From positions 20,564-84,563 of the forward strand of contig CAVZVV010000010.1 in NCBI GenBank assembly GCA_963778785.1: 64,000 nt of DNA, read 5' to 3'. The position numbers and the translations under genes were made by a program. This stretch comes from an uncultured Actinomycetes bacterium (lineage in GTDB: Bacteria > Actinomycetota > Actinomycetes > S36-B12 > CAIYMF01). The notes beneath the pieces were generated by a model that had not been told where the DNA came from, made no database searches, and saw only the letters and a list, made by a program, of their open reading frames with translations. Shown here in pieces: positions 9,350-19,540 of this stretch; within the stretch, counting starts at the first letter, position 1, and the number at the start of each line of letters is the position of its first letter.

Positions 9350-10161
9350 TCAGATGCGGCCGCCGCCGTGCGCGGGGTCGCCCGAGATCCGCTGCGCGAT
9401 GTAGATCGGCACGATCGACAGGATCACGAGCGCGGCCGCCACGACGTTGACCACCGGGGCCTCGGTCGGCCGGAAGAGGTTGTTGAAGATCCACAGTGGC
9501 AGCGTCTGGATGCCCGGGCCCGCGGTGAAGCGGGTCACGATGATCTCGTCGAAGGACAGGCCGAATGCGAGCATCGCGCCGGCGATCAACGCCGGACGCA
9601 TGAGCGGGAACGTCACGTGCCGGAAGGTGGTGAAACCCGAGGCCCCGAGATCCTGCGACGCCTCGACGATCGTTGCCGCCCATCCGGCGCAGCCGTGCGC
9701 CGGCGTTGTTGAACACCACGACGATGCAGAACGTGGCGTGCGCGACGACGAGCGTCATGAACGTGAGGCCGCCGAGGAACGAGGTGAACAGGTTCGACAG
9801 CGCGATGACCGGTGACGATGCCGGGCAGCGCGATCGGCAGCACGACCAGCAGCGAGATCGTGTCGCGGCCGAAGAACGAGTAGCGGGTGACCGCGGCCGC
9901 CGCCAGCGTGCCGAGCAGGAGGGCGACCAGCGTGGCCAGCACGGCCACCACGACCGACGTGAGCGAACGCCGAGCGCACCCGGTCGTTCCGACAGCGCGT
10001 CGGACCACCACTGCAGGGTGAAGCCCGGACGGCGGCCACTCGAAGGTCACGCTGGTGTTGAACGAGTTGACCACGACGATCGCAGCGGCACGTAGATGAA
10101 GGCGAGCAGGACCGCGACAGAACCCACCAAGCACCCACCGCGCGGGCCTGGACAGCGTCAT
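9350..10161 (-). pseudogene. ABC permease (PotC-like), multiple frameshifts as sequenced
   Basis: Pieces lie in different frames. These are MTLSRPARWVLGGF.., SFNTSVTFEWPPSG, SLTSVVVAVLATLVALLLGTLAAAAVTRYSFFGRDTISLLVVLPIALPGIVTG (ORF 9613..10989), TLVVAHATFCIVVVFNNAGARLRRMGGN (ORF 9315..9758) and the C-terminus in ORF 9350..9616. Confidence 0.8.
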
Positions 10162-10174
10162 GACCGGCCCCGCG

Positions 10175-11092
10175 TCACAGGTTCTCGAGTGCGCCGGTGC
10201 GCCGCACGGCAGCAGGTAGACGACCATGATGATCACCGGAGCACGGCGACGCTCGCGGCGAACGGCAGGTCGGTGCCGAACGTGTCGTAGACGACGTTGC
10301 CGAGCATCTGCGCCTTCCCACCGACGAGCTGGACGGTGATGTAGTCCCCGAGGCTCAGCGAGAACGTGAAGATCGAGCCCGCCGCGAGGGAGGGCACGAT
10401 CGTCGGCATCACGACGGTGCGGAACGTGCGGCCCGACCCGGCCCCGAGGTCGGCGGAGGCGTCCAGCAGGGACGACGGGATGTTCTGCATGCCCGACGTA
10501 GACCGGCAGGATCATGTACGGCAGCCACAGGTAGGTCAGCACCAGCACCACCGACGGCCAGCCGTACCCCGGGGTGGTCCCGAGGACCGACTCGATGAAG
10601 CCGCCCTGGGGCGACAGCATGGTGCGCCAGGCGTAGACCTTCACCAGGTATGAGGCCCACAGCGGCGTGATGACCAGGGCCACGAGGAGCGGCTGCCAGG
10701 TGGCCGGGACCACCCGGGCCATGAAGAACGCGGCCGGCAGTGCCAGCGCGGCGCACAGCACCGTGACGGCGACCGCGACTCCGAGGGTGCGCAGGGCCAC
10801 CATGAGGTACGGGTTCGTCGGGTCGAACACGGCCTTGAGGTTGTCGGTGGAGAAGCCGCGGATGGTCTTGCCGGTGAACCCGTCGGTCGTCCAGAACGCG
10901 GTGACGAACAGCAGCGCGAGCGGCACCAGGTAGAGCAGGACGATCCACGCCATGGGCAGGGCGAGCAGCGCGGTGAGGCGCAACCACACGTTCCGGTGAA
11001 GAACCCGCCCACGCCGCCGGACGACCGGGCGGGCGCGCCGGTCGGGGCGGGGGTGCGGGCGTCGAGGCCACGGTCACCGGGGTCTCCTGCAC
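10175..11092 (-). pseudogene. ABC permease (PotB-like), multiple frameshifts as sequenced
   Basis: The N-terminal 150 aa are in ORF 9613..10989 (WLRLTALLALPMAWIVLLYLVPLALLFVTAFW..). The conserved EAA-loop part is in ORF 10233..10490 (IPSSLLDASADLGAGSGRTFRTVVMPT..). The plausible end ..RRTGALENL* is at 10175. Boundaries are approximate. Confidence 0.8.
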
Positions 11093-11155
11093 GGTGAGAT
11101 GCGGATGCGGCGGCCCGGGTGGGGAACCGTTGCACGGCCCCCACCCGGGCGGAGA

Positions 11156-12392
11156 TCAGCTGCTGCGCAGCTTGGTCCACGCGGCCACCCAGTCCTCGTA
11201 CGGGCACGCACGTGGTGTCGGTGCGGCCGTCGAGGCAGTTCTCGGTGGGCGTCGTCCAGTACCAGACGTCGTTCCAGTACGCGGTCGTCCGCGGCGTGGA
11301 ACTGCGCGCAGTGGTCCTTGTTCGCGGTGAGCGCGCAGGACTTCTCGTTCGACGGCGCCTCGCCGAAGTACTCGGCGACCTGCGGCGTTGACCTGCGGCG
11401 AGACGATGTAGTTCAGCCACTTGTACGCGCAGTTGATGTTCGTGGTGTCCTTGGCGATCATCCAGGTGTCCGACCAGCCGGTGGAGCCTTCGGTCGGCTT
11501 GGTGGAGCCCACCTTCTCGCCGTTCGTGTTGGCGAGGTTGGCGGTCAGCTGCCAGCCCTGGCCCTGCGCGACGGTGCCGGACGCGAGGGCCTGGCCTGCT
11601 TGATGTAGTCGGCCCAGTACTCGGCTGACGAGCGGCTTCTGCTGGTTGAGCAGCGCGACGGCGGCGTCGAACTGCTTCTGGTCGAGCGCGTACGGGTTCT
11701 TGATGCCCAGGTCGGGCTGGGTCGCCATCAGGTAGACCGCGGCGTCGGCGAATGTCATCGAGTCGTCGTAGGGGCTGATCTTGCCCTTGGCCGGCGAGTT
11801 GGCGTCCCACATGTCCTTCCACGACGTCGGCGTGGTGGGGTTGGCCGCCTTGTTGTACAGCAGCAGGTTGGCGCCGCGGCCGTGCGGGATGCCGTAGGTG
11901 ACACCGTCGACGCGAGTTCCAGGGCTTGTCCTTCAGGTCCGGGAAGATGTCGGCGTAGTTGGGCACCAGCGCGGTGTTGATCGGCTGCACGTGGTCGCCG
12001 TAGACCAGCCGCAGCGAGGCGTCGCCCGAGGCGGAGACCACGTCGTAGTCGCCCGGTGGCGAACAGCTGGACGGCCTCGGCCGAGGTGCGCGAACGTCTT
12101 GACGTTGACCTTGCAGCCGGTCTCCTGCTCGAACGGCGTCGACCCAGTCGATCTTCGGGTCGGTGGAGCCGTTCTCGGCGTAGCCGGGCCAGGCCAGCAC
12201 CGACGAGCTGTGCCCTCGCCCGCGCCGACCGGCCCGGCGTAGGCGCGCCGCCGGGCGCGCGCGGCCCGTGGCCCCACCGCTGCGAGGACGACGCCGCTGC
12301 TGCAGGCCGCCGCACGCGGCCGAGGCCGCGAGGCCGACCGCACCCTGACGCACGACGACTGGTGCACCGAGATCCTCCGGGATCCGAAGCAC
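11156..12392 (-). pseudogene. Periplasmic polyamine-type solute-binding lipoprotein (PotD/PotF-like), about 8 frameshifts as sequenced
   Basis: A lipobox-like N-terminus (..LAASAACGG..). Fragments [81 protein letters not shown], the ORF 11156..11812 segment and the end ..YEDWVAAWTKLRSS* are spread over three frames. The start is approximate. Confidence 0.8.
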
Positions 12393-12462
12393 GCGGACGG
12401 TTCTGCCTGGTGCGTCCTAGCGCTGTGCCGTTCTGCCGTGCCGATCGCCGCTGAGTGCCTGC

Positions 12463-13541
12463 TCAGTCGCGCGACTGGAACTCGTGCTCGCGTCGCCAGA
12501 TCAGCCGCACCCGGTGGCCGCGCGTCTCGGGCACGTCGGAGGACGACGGCTCTGGTTCTGCTGGAGCGCGACGAGCGTGCCCCCGACGTCGAGGTCGACG
12601 ACGAACCGCGTGCCGCGGCCCGGCGTAGACGACCTCGCGCACCGTCCCGACTGCGACGTCGTCGCCCGCGCCGGGCGGCGTCGACCGGATCCGACGACCC
12701 GGATCTTCTCGGGCCGGACGCTGAGACGCCGTCGTGCCCGAGCACCGTCATCGCGGCCTCGCCGCGCAGGAGGTTCGACGTGCCGACGAAGCCCGGCGAC
12801 GAACGCGCTGGCCGGGCTGCTCGTACACCTCGGCGGGCGCGCCCGACCTGCTCGATCCGGCCCGCGGTGAACACGACGATCCGGTCGGACATCGTCAGCG
12901 CCTCCTCCTGGTCGTGGGTGACGAAGACGAAGGTGATGCCGACCTCGCGCTGGATCGCGCTTGAGCTCGACCTGCATCTGCTCGCGCAGCTTGAGGTCGA
13001 GCGCGCCGAGCGGCTCGTCGAGCAGGAGGACGCGGGGCCGGTTCACCAGGGCGCGGGCCAGGGCCACCCGCTGCCGCTGCCCGCCCGAGAGCTGCGGTCG
13101 GCGGCGCGTTCGCCGTACTCGCCGAGCCGCACCGCGGCGAGCGCCGCCTGGGCGCGCGGCCCGGCGCTCGGCCCTGGACACCTTCTTGACCCGCAGCCCG
13201 TACTCGACGTTCTCGCGCACGCGTCAGGTGCGGGAACAGCGCGTAGTCCTGGAAGACCGTGTTGACGTCGCGGGCGAACGGCGGCAGCGCCGATGACGTC
13301 CTGGCCGCCGAGCGTCGATCGTGCCCGCGGTCGGGCGCTCGAAGCCGGCGATCATGCGCAGCACGGTGGTCTTGCCCGAGCCCGACGGGCCGAGCAGGGT
13401 GACGAACTCGCCGTCGTCCACGTCGAGGTCGACCGCGTCGACCGCCACCACCTCGCCGAAGGTCTTGCGCAGCTCGCGCATGCGGATGGCGACCGGGGCG
13501 TCGAGCGTGGTGGGCGCTGCCTCGGCGTTCGGTGCGGTCAT
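12463..13541 (-). pseudogene. ABC ATPase (PotA-like), multiple frameshifts as sequenced
   Basis: Walker [10 protein letters not shown] is in ORF 13224..13541. [15 protein letters not shown] plus LLLDEPL are in ORF 12501..13220. [17 protein letters not shown] is in ORF 11933..12892. The plausible C-terminus ..[16 protein letters not shown] is in the third frame and ends at 12463. Confidence 0.85.
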
Positions 13542-13849
13542 CGGCGCTGGTCCCTCTCGGAGCCGCGGAGCGGCGTCGGTGCCCGGGTGGGCGGTCGGCG
13601 GGTGGGCTGCAGAGCGGCCGAAGCCGTGGTGCCAAGGGTTCGGAACTGGGCGGCCGCGACGTCCGCTTTCCCGGGTGACCGTCGTCCGTCCGCCTCACCC
13701 GGACGCCGGAAGCCGAGTGCGGCCGCGCAGCGCGGTCGGAAGAATACATACGGATCCGTCGCTCCGACTACCAGGGACGGCGGATTTCGTCGCGATTGTG
13801 ACCTAACCGTGCGGATCCGGTGGGGTCGTCGACAGTGCCAGGGCCGCGA

Positions 13850-14179
13850 TCAGGGATCCGGACGGTGCTCGTCGTCGACGGCGGCGAGGGGGAGGTACCG
13901 CGACAGGTCGCTGCGCTCTCCGGAGGCCCGCACCCGGCCGTCCGCCACCGCGTCGGCCCAGCCGATCCTGCCGTCGGCGAGGGCCAGCCAGGTCTCCGCG
14001 TCGGTCTCGACAAGGGCGGGGGGCGTACCGCGGCGGTGGGTGGTGCCCCCCACGGCCTGGACAGCGCCGAACGGCGGCACCCGCACCTCCACGCTCCGAC
14101 CAGGAGCCACCTGCGCGAGTCGGGCGAGCGAGGCCTTCACCTGCTCCCTGGTCGCCTGCCAGGCCGGATCGCGCGCCAT
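13850..14179 (-). CDS. Sterol-carrier-family (SCP-like) small protein
   Basis: From the Met in ORF 13850..15265: MARDPAWQATREQVKASLARLAQVAPGRSVEVRVPPFGAVQAV..GRVRASGERSDLSRYLPL. This matches the conserved actinobacterial 'sterol carrier family protein' pattern as I recall it. Confidence 0.75.
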   Translation of the reverse strand: MARDPAWQATREQVKASLARLAQVAPGRSVEVRVPPFGAVQAVGGTTHRRGTPPALVETDAETWLALADGRIGWADAVADGRVRASGERSDLSRYLPLAAVDDEHRPDP

Positions 14180-14193
14180 CAGGATCCCGCCGG

Positions 14194-15078
14194 TCAGCGG
14201 ACCGCGCTGAAGCGCAGCGGGCCGAGCGGCGGAGTGCCCGGCGGCACGGCGACGTCCACCCAGTCGAGCAGCGTGCCGAGCGCACGGTCCCAGCCCGCGT
14301 CGAGCATGAGGTCGTGGCCGATGCCCGCGAGCCACACCGGGTCGACGCCGTACATCTCGGCAGTTCGCTGGACGTCGACCTGCCGCACCACTTTGTCGTC
14401 GACCAGGCCGACGACCAGCACCGGCGCGCGGAAAGGGCCGATTCGGCGGTGCCGGAACAGCTCGTACTGAACGAGCGGCGACTCCTTGCCGACCCGGTCG
14501 GCGTAGCGCTCCGCCGTGTCCCGGTCCAGACCCTCGAACAGAACCTCCGCCGGAAGCGGGAGCGTGCCGCCCACGCCGACCCTCAGCGCGTCGAGCGGAC
14601 GGTCCTTCGCCAGGGCGGCGAGGATGCCGGTCGCGCCGGTGGCCGGCGCGGGCGCGAGCAGGACGAGACCGCGCAGCGGGTAGCGCTCCGCGACGAGCTG
14701 CGCCAGCAGCCCGCCCATCGAGTGCCCGACGAGCACAGGCGGCGTGGGCAGCTCGACGATCGCCTGCAGGATGTCGTGCACGTAGTCGCGCATCAGGGTG
14801 CGGCGCAGGCGCAACGAGCCACCGGACCCGCCGTGCCCGCGCAACGACACGGCGGACGAGCTGTAGCCGCGGGCGGCGGCGGCCCCGAGCCAGTGCTCCT
14901 CGAAGCACCAGGCGCCGTGCCCGAGCCCGTGCACGAAGAGCAGCGGGGGGCGATCCTCGTCGGCCGCCGGAAGAACGGTGAGGATCTCGCGGTGCGGAAG
15001 CGACGGTGACGGCATGGCCCAGTCCCACCGTCGCATCACGCGGGTCTGCGTACGCCGCGGCCGGCTCTCGGTACTCAT
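14194..15078 (-). CDS. Alpha/beta-fold hydrolase (esterase/lipase-like)
   Basis: The ATG at 15078 overlaps the upstream gene's stop (ATGA). HG oxyanion motif (LLFVHGLGHGAW), nucleophile elbow GHSMGG and a C-terminal His (GIGHDLMLD). Confidence 0.85.
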   Translation of the reverse strand: MSTESRPRRTQTRVMRRWDWAMPSPSLPHREILTVLPAADEDRPPLLFVHGLGHGAWCFEEHWLGAAAARGYSSSAVSLRGHGGSGGSLRLRRTLMRDYVHDILQAIVELPTPPVLVGHSMGGLLAQLVAERYPLRGLVLLAPAPATGATGILAALAKDRPLDALRVGVGGTLPLPAEVLFEGLDRDTAERYADRVGKESPLVQYELFRHRRIGPFRAPVLVVGLVDDKVVRQVDVQRTAEMYGVDPVWLAGIGHDLMLDAGWDRALGTLLDWVDVAVPPGTPPLGPLRFSAVR

Positions 15079-16457
15079 GCCGCCGCCTCCAGCTCGTGCA
15101 GGACGACTTCGAGAGCGCGAAGGTAGTCCTGGTGGCCGATCTCGTAGTAGTGCCGGGTGGAGTCCTTGTAGTCGACACCGGCGCTGAAGCGGCGATCTGC
15201 CTCCGCGGTGATCTCGCCGTAGACGCGGTCGGCGACGCCCGGCCGATCGGCGCGCGCCTCGACATAGCGCGCGATGAGCACGGCCTGCCAGTGCGCGAGG
15301 GTCCACTGCCCGCTGTCGGGCTGCAGCAGGCCAGAGACGACGAGAGTCGGGGAGGCCGGCGTGAACATCTGAAGGCCCAGCACGGGGTGGTCCCCGCGGA
15401 AGTTCAGCAGGGTCGCGCCGTCGTCCAGGAAGGGGAAGCGCACGAGGTAGCCCGTGCAGAAGACCACGAGGTCGACGTCGGCCCGGCTACCGTCCAGGAA
15501 GACGGCGCCGTCGGCGTCGAAGTGGTCGATGTCGTCGACGGGGGCGATGTCGCCGTGGCCGACGTAGTACACGAGCTGCTGGTTGATGACGGGATGCGTC
15601 TCGAAGAACTTGTGGTCGGGCTTCCTGAGTCCGTACCGAGTGAAGTCGCCCACGGTGACGCGCAGCGCGCCCTTGACGATCTGCCGACGCACGGCCAGCG
15701 GCAGCCTCAGCGCGAGCAGCAGGTCGCCGACCTGGTCGGAGGGACGGCCCATCGCGTACTTCGGGTTGTAGTAGTAGCCGCGCCGGGTGGAGTGCCACGT
15801 TCGCTCGGCGTTCTGCGCGCTCTCGACGGCGATGTCGCAGCCCGTGTTGCCCGCACCCACCACCAGAACCCGCCGGCCGCGCACGACCTCGGCGTCCTTG
15901 TAGTCGGCCGAGTGGAGGATCTCGCCGGCGAACTCGTCCTGGCCGGGGTAGGTGGGCATCTTCGGGTTCCAGTTGTGGCCGTTGGCGATCACCACGCCCG
16001 CGTACTCGGTCTCGGCACGGGTTCCGGTGCGGCGGTCGATCGTGGACACGGTCCAACGGGTCGTCCCCGCGACGGGCACGACGCCGACGACGTCGGTGTT
16101 GAAGGCGATCCGGTCGAGGAGGCCGAAGTGCCGGGCGTAGGAGTCCATGTACTCCTTGGCCTGGTAGTGGCTCGGGTAGTCGGGGAAGCGGTCGGGCCAG
16201 GGGAAGTCGGGAAACTGGGTGAAGGGCCCGCTCGAGATCAGGTGGGTCGAGCGGTAGACGCGGCTGTTCTCGGCACCGAAGTTCCAGGTGCCACCCACCT
16301 CGTGCTCGCGCTCATAGCCATCGGCGTCAATTCCGTTCTGCAGCAGCGCCTTCAGCGCGCTGAGCCCGTGCGCCCCAGCCCCGATGACCGCGTACGCCCC
16401 GCGTCGATCTCGCACCGCTCCGCCTCTCCGTCGTGCCACTCGCTCCGTGCTGCCCAC
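15075..16457 (-). CDS. Flavin-containing monooxygenase (class B, FMO-type)
   Basis: FAD GxGxxG (VIGAGAHG). FMO fingerprint FxGxxxHxxxYK (FAGEILHSADYKD). NADPH GxGxxG (VVGAGNTGCD). The start is uncertain (GTG at 16457 or 16439; the ATG at 16523 would overlap tetR). Confidence 0.85.
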   Translation of the reverse strand: MGSTERVARRRGGAVRDRRGAYAVIGAGAHGLSALKALLQNGIDADGYEREHEVGGTWNFGAENSRVYRSTHLISSGPFTQFPDFPWPDRFPDYPSHYQAKEYMDSYARHFGLLDRIAFNTDVVGVVPVAGTTRWTVSTIDRRTGTRAETEYAGVVIANGHNWNPKMPTYPGQDEFAGEILHSADYKDAEVVRGRRVLVVGAGNTGCDIAVESAQNAERTWHSTRRGYYYNPKYAMGRPSDQVGDLLLALRLPLAVRRQIVKGALRVTVGDFTRYGLRKPDHKFFETHPVINQQLVYYVGHGDIAPVDDIDHFDADGAVFLDGSRADVDLVVFCTGYLVRFPFLDDGATLLNFRGDHPVLGLQMFTPASPTLVVSGLLQPDSGQWTLAHWQAVLIARYVEARADRPGVADRVYGEITAEADRRFSAGVDYKDSTRHYYEIGHQDYLRALEVVLHELEAAA

Positions 16458-16485
16458 ATCGCCCCTCGGGTACTTCCCGACCCAC

Positions 16486-17190
16486 CTACTCGGGCCGGGG
16501 CTCCCCGACCTCGAGCGCGTCATAGGGGGCCGAGGGGGGGCCGTAGGCCGCGCGCAGGGGGGCTGTGAGTCGCGCGATCGTCTCGTCCAGGGCTGCCGGC
16601 GGGGCCTGGTACATGCCGTACACCGGGTCGAGCCCTTCGATCCACGGCGCGAGGGCGAGGTGCGGCGCGACGAGGAGCAGGTAGGCAGTCATCGTCGCGA
16701 GATCGGCTCCGGCCCGGATGTCGCCGCGCTCGAGCCCGCGCGACACGAGCGGCGCGAGACCCTCGAGGTAGTGCCGGCTCACGACGTTGCGGACCGCGGC
16801 GCGGACCTCGCCGTCGATCTCGAGGTTGACGGCAGCGGTGATGCCGCGGTCGACGGGTTCGGTCTCGAAGTAGCGCACCCAGTGGCGCAGCACGGCCTCG
16901 ACGCAGTCGAAGAACGACAGATCGGGGTCCGCGTCGAGCAGGCGATCGATCTCGACCTCCACGTCGACCCGGACGCGCTCGCTGGTGACCTCGCAGACGT
17001 ACGTGTAGAGGTCGAGCTTGTCACCGAAGTACTGGAACAGGCTGCCCTTGGCCACCTCGGCCACTCGCGCGACGGTGTTGAGCGAGCCCTGACTGAAGCC
17101 GCGCGCGGCGAACTCCCCGCGGGCGGCGTCGAGCACGCGCTGACGTCGCTGCGGATCGAGGTGGTCCCACGTATCGGTCGGCACTCGCAC
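16486..17190 (-). CDS. TetR/AcrR-family transcriptional regulator
   Basis: Intact 234-aa ORF with an N-terminal HTH (RVLDAARGEFAARGFSQGSLNTVARVAEVAKGSLFQYFGDKLDLY). It is the first gene of a co-directional string with the FMO, hydrolase and SCP genes. Confidence 0.9.
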   Translation of the reverse strand: MRVPTDTWDHLDPQRRQRVLDAARGEFAARGFSQGSLNTVARVAEVAKGSLFQYFGDKLDLYTYVCEVTSERVRVDVEVEIDRLLDADPDLSFFDCVEAVLRHWVRYFETEPVDRGITAAVNLEIDGEVRAAVRNVVSRHYLEGLAPLVSRGLERGDIRAGADLATMTAYLLLVAPHLALAPWIEGLDPVYGMYQAPPAALDETIARLTAPLRAAYGPPSAPYDALEVGEPRPE

Positions 17191-17207
17191 CCCTAACTCG
17201 GAGGGCT

Positions 17208-17237
17208 GACCACTCGGTCATATGACCCAGCGGTCAC
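17208..17237. promoter_or_regulatory. Palindromic candidate TetR operator upstream of tetR
   Basis: A perfect 12-bp palindrome GGTCATATGACC lies at 17216-17227, inside the imperfect inverted repeat gaccactcGGTCATATGACCcagcggtcac. It is 18-47 nt upstream of the tetR start, in a locally AT-richer divergent intergenic region. Confidence 0.5.
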
Positions 17238-17382
17238 AGTCTTGCGCCGATTCCCCTGCGGCACAAGGCGAATCGATCGAGTAAGAATTGGCCAAGGTCT
17301 TGCCAACATACGGCCCACGTCGCGTACCGTAACGGACCTCGGCCGTCGGGGGCGTCGGCCGTTCGGATCCCAGGGGGGACCC

Positions 17383-18081
17383 ATGACAGTTCAGCACAGC
17401 CCGGCGCGGGGTTCCGGGCTCGACGAAGCAGGCCCGGGCACCGTGAGGGTCCTCGTCGTCGACGACCACATGGTGTTTGCCGAGCTGCTCTCCATGGCAC
17501 TGGACGGGGAGGCAGATCTCACCTGTGTCGGGCATGCGCAGACCGTCTCAGAGGCGCTGCGGCTCGCCGACCTGCTGCAGCCCGACCTCGTCACGATGGA
17601 TCTCCATCTGCCCGACGGCGATGGCATCGCGGCCACGGTGGCGCTGCTCGAGCGCCAGCCCGACCTGCGCGTGATCGTCCTCACCGCGCACGCCGATCCG
17701 GGCCTCGTGAGCCGCACGGCCGACGCGGGCGCCGTGGCGCTGCTGCCCAAGGACGGCTCGGTGGCCGACATCCTCTCGGCCGTGCGCACGGCCCGGATGG
17801 GCTCGCTCATCGTCCCGCCGGGCCTCGTGCCGCGGATGCTCCCCCACGGCGCCGTGCCCCAGCAGCCTGGCGCGCGCCTCACCCCGCGCGAGCGCGAGGT
17901 GCTCGAGCTGCTGGCCCGCGGGCAGGACCCTCGCGCGATCTCGCGCCAGATGGGCATCACCCTGAACACCTCCCGGGGGCACGTGAAGAGCCTGCTGGCG
18001 AAGCTGCAGGTGCATTCCCAGCTGGAGGCGGTCGTGGTGGCGAGCCAGGCAGGGCTCATCACCATGGGCGACACAGCATGA
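17383..18081 (+). CDS. NarL/LuxR-family response regulator (RR1)
   Basis: ATG at 17383 within ORF 17242..18081. Receiver (VLVVDDH.., MDLHLPDGDG, LTAH, LPKDG) plus a LuxR HTH (LTPREREVLELLARGQDPRAISRQMGITLNTSRGHVKSLLAKL). The stop overlaps the kinase start (ATGA). Confidence 0.9.
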   Translation: MTVQHSPARGSGLDEAGPGTVRVLVVDDHMVFAELLSMALDGEADLTCVGHAQTVSEALRLADLLQPDLVTMDLHLPDGDGIAATVALLERQPDLRVIVLTAHADPGLVSRTADAGAVALLPKDGSVADILSAVRTARMGSLIVPPGLVPRMLPHGAVPQQPGARLTPREREVLELLARGQDPRAISRQMGITLNTSRGHVKSLLAKLQVHSQLEAVVVASQAGLITMGDTA

Positions 18082-19409
18082 CCCAGGGCGCCGCCGGTCC
18101 CCAGGCGGCGCCCAGCCTGGTCCGCCAGGCCTTGGTTCGTTACGTCCTCGCCAGCGGCGTCATCCTGCTCGTCGTGTGCCTCGGCATGCTCGCCCTCAGT
18201 GCGCTCCTCGCGCGCGAGGAGGCGATGAGCAACGCCGAGCGGGGGGCGCGCGCGATCGCCGACGGCATCGTGGCCCCGCTCGCCGACGCGACCCTGCGCG
18301 AGCCGGGGAGCGCCGGGCTCGCGCGGCTCGACCGCGCACTGCGGGCCCGGGTGCAGGACGGCTCCATCGTCCGGGTCAAGGTGTGGGCGCCTGCTGGACC
18401 GCAGGCCGGCCTGGTGCTGTACTCCGACGACCCCCGGGTCGTGGGCCGCACGTTCGACCTCGAGCCGGACGAGAGCGCCCTGTTCGGGACCACGAGCACC
18501 CGTACCCAGATCTCGACGCTGGACAAGCCGGAAAACCAGTTCGAACGTAGCCTGGGAACTCTCGTGGAGGTGTACGCCGGCTTCTTCGACGCCAGCGGGC
18601 ACCCGCTGCTGTTCGAGGCCTACTTCCCGACCGCGCGGCTGACGGAGGACGCCTGGACGATCGGCCGCTCGTTGCTGCCCATCACCCTGGGCGGGCTGCT
18701 CGCGCTGGAGCTCGCGACGTTGCCGCTGGCGTTCCTGCTCGCCCGGCGTATCGCCCGGCTCGAGGCCGAGCGGCGCGACGCGCTGCTTCGGGCCCAGGAC
18801 GCCTCCGACGACGAACGCCGGCGCATCGCCCAGGACCTCCACGACGGCGTGGTGCAGGACCTCGCCGGCGTGGGGCTCGCCCTCGACACCGTCGGGCGCC
18901 AGCTCACCCGCGCCGGCGCTGCCGACGGGACGACGACAACGGTGCAGCGTGCCGGCGACATCGTGCGGCGCGACGTCCTGAGCCTGCGCACCCTGATCAC
19001 CGACATCTACCCCGCCGACATCGGCGACGAGCATCTCGTCGCCGCCATTCGCGAGCTCCCGCCGCAGCTCGACCTGCGCGACACCGTGGTAGCGATCGAC
19101 GCGCCCGACACCCTCGTCGTGAGCGAAGCGTCGGCCACGATCGCGTACCGCGTCGTGCGCGAGTCGCTCCGCAACGTCGCCCAGCACTCCGGCGCCCGCC
19201 ACGTGAACGTCTCGGTGGGTCGCGACGGCGGCACGCTGTCGGTGCGCGTCCACGACGACGGAGTGGGCTTCGACCCCTCGACCGACGCCCGGTCGGGCCA
19301 CTTCGGGCTGCGCATGCTGCGGGAGGCCGTGCACGACGCGGGCGGCTCGCTGGCGCTCTCGTCGGCGCCGGGAGTGGGAACCACCGTCGAGGCCCGGCTG
19401 CCCGCGTAG
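18078..19409 (+). CDS. Sensor histidine kinase (HisKA_3/NarX-DesK type) with two TM segments and an extracytoplasmic domain
   Basis: H-box DERRRIAQDLHDGVVQDL, plus HATPase N and G boxes (ESLRNVAQHS, DDGVGF, GLRMLRE, GGSLALSSAPGVGT). Confidence 0.9.
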   Translation: MTQGAAGPQAAPSLVRQALVRYVLASGVILLVVCLGMLALSALLAREEAMSNAERGARAIADGIVAPLADATLREPGSAGLARLDRALRARVQDGSIVRVKVWAPAGPQAGLVLYSDDPRVVGRTFDLEPDESALFGTTSTRTQISTLDKPENQFERSLGTLVEVYAGFFDASGHPLLFEAYFPTARLTEDAWTIGRSLLPITLGGLLALELATLPLAFLLARRIARLEAERRDALLRAQDASDDERRRIAQDLHDGVVQDLAGVGLALDTVGRQLTRAGAADGTTTTVQRAGDIVRRDVLSLRTLITDIYPADIGDEHLVAAIRELPPQLDLRDTVVAIDAPDTLVVSEASATIAYRVVRESLRNVAQHSGARHVNVSVGRDGGTLSVRVHDDGVGFDPSTDARSGHFGLRMLREAVHDAGGSLALSSAPGVGTTVEARLPA

Positions 19410-19540
19410 GGGGTAGCGAGCAACCCCAACATTGGGGGTGCTGGTGTATCCAATGGTGGCTTCCGCGCCTTGACGTCCGCGCCCGATCCTGATCACGCGA
19501 GGCCAGCCGTTGGGGGCAATGGCCAAAAAGGTCCGGTGGG

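Noticed and set aside
13750-13859. Three GGATCC-centred palindromes (ACGGATCCGT, CGGATCCG, GGATCC) within 110 bp upstream of the ABC operon.
   Set aside because: These are short palindromes of a composition expected many times in 64 kb of this GC content. The spacing is irregular and no flanking similarity links them.
19471-19500. TTGACG as a -35 box upstream of the SARP gene.
   Set aside because: No acceptable TAnnnT -10 lies at 16-18 nt spacing, so I cannot support a promoter call from sequence alone.
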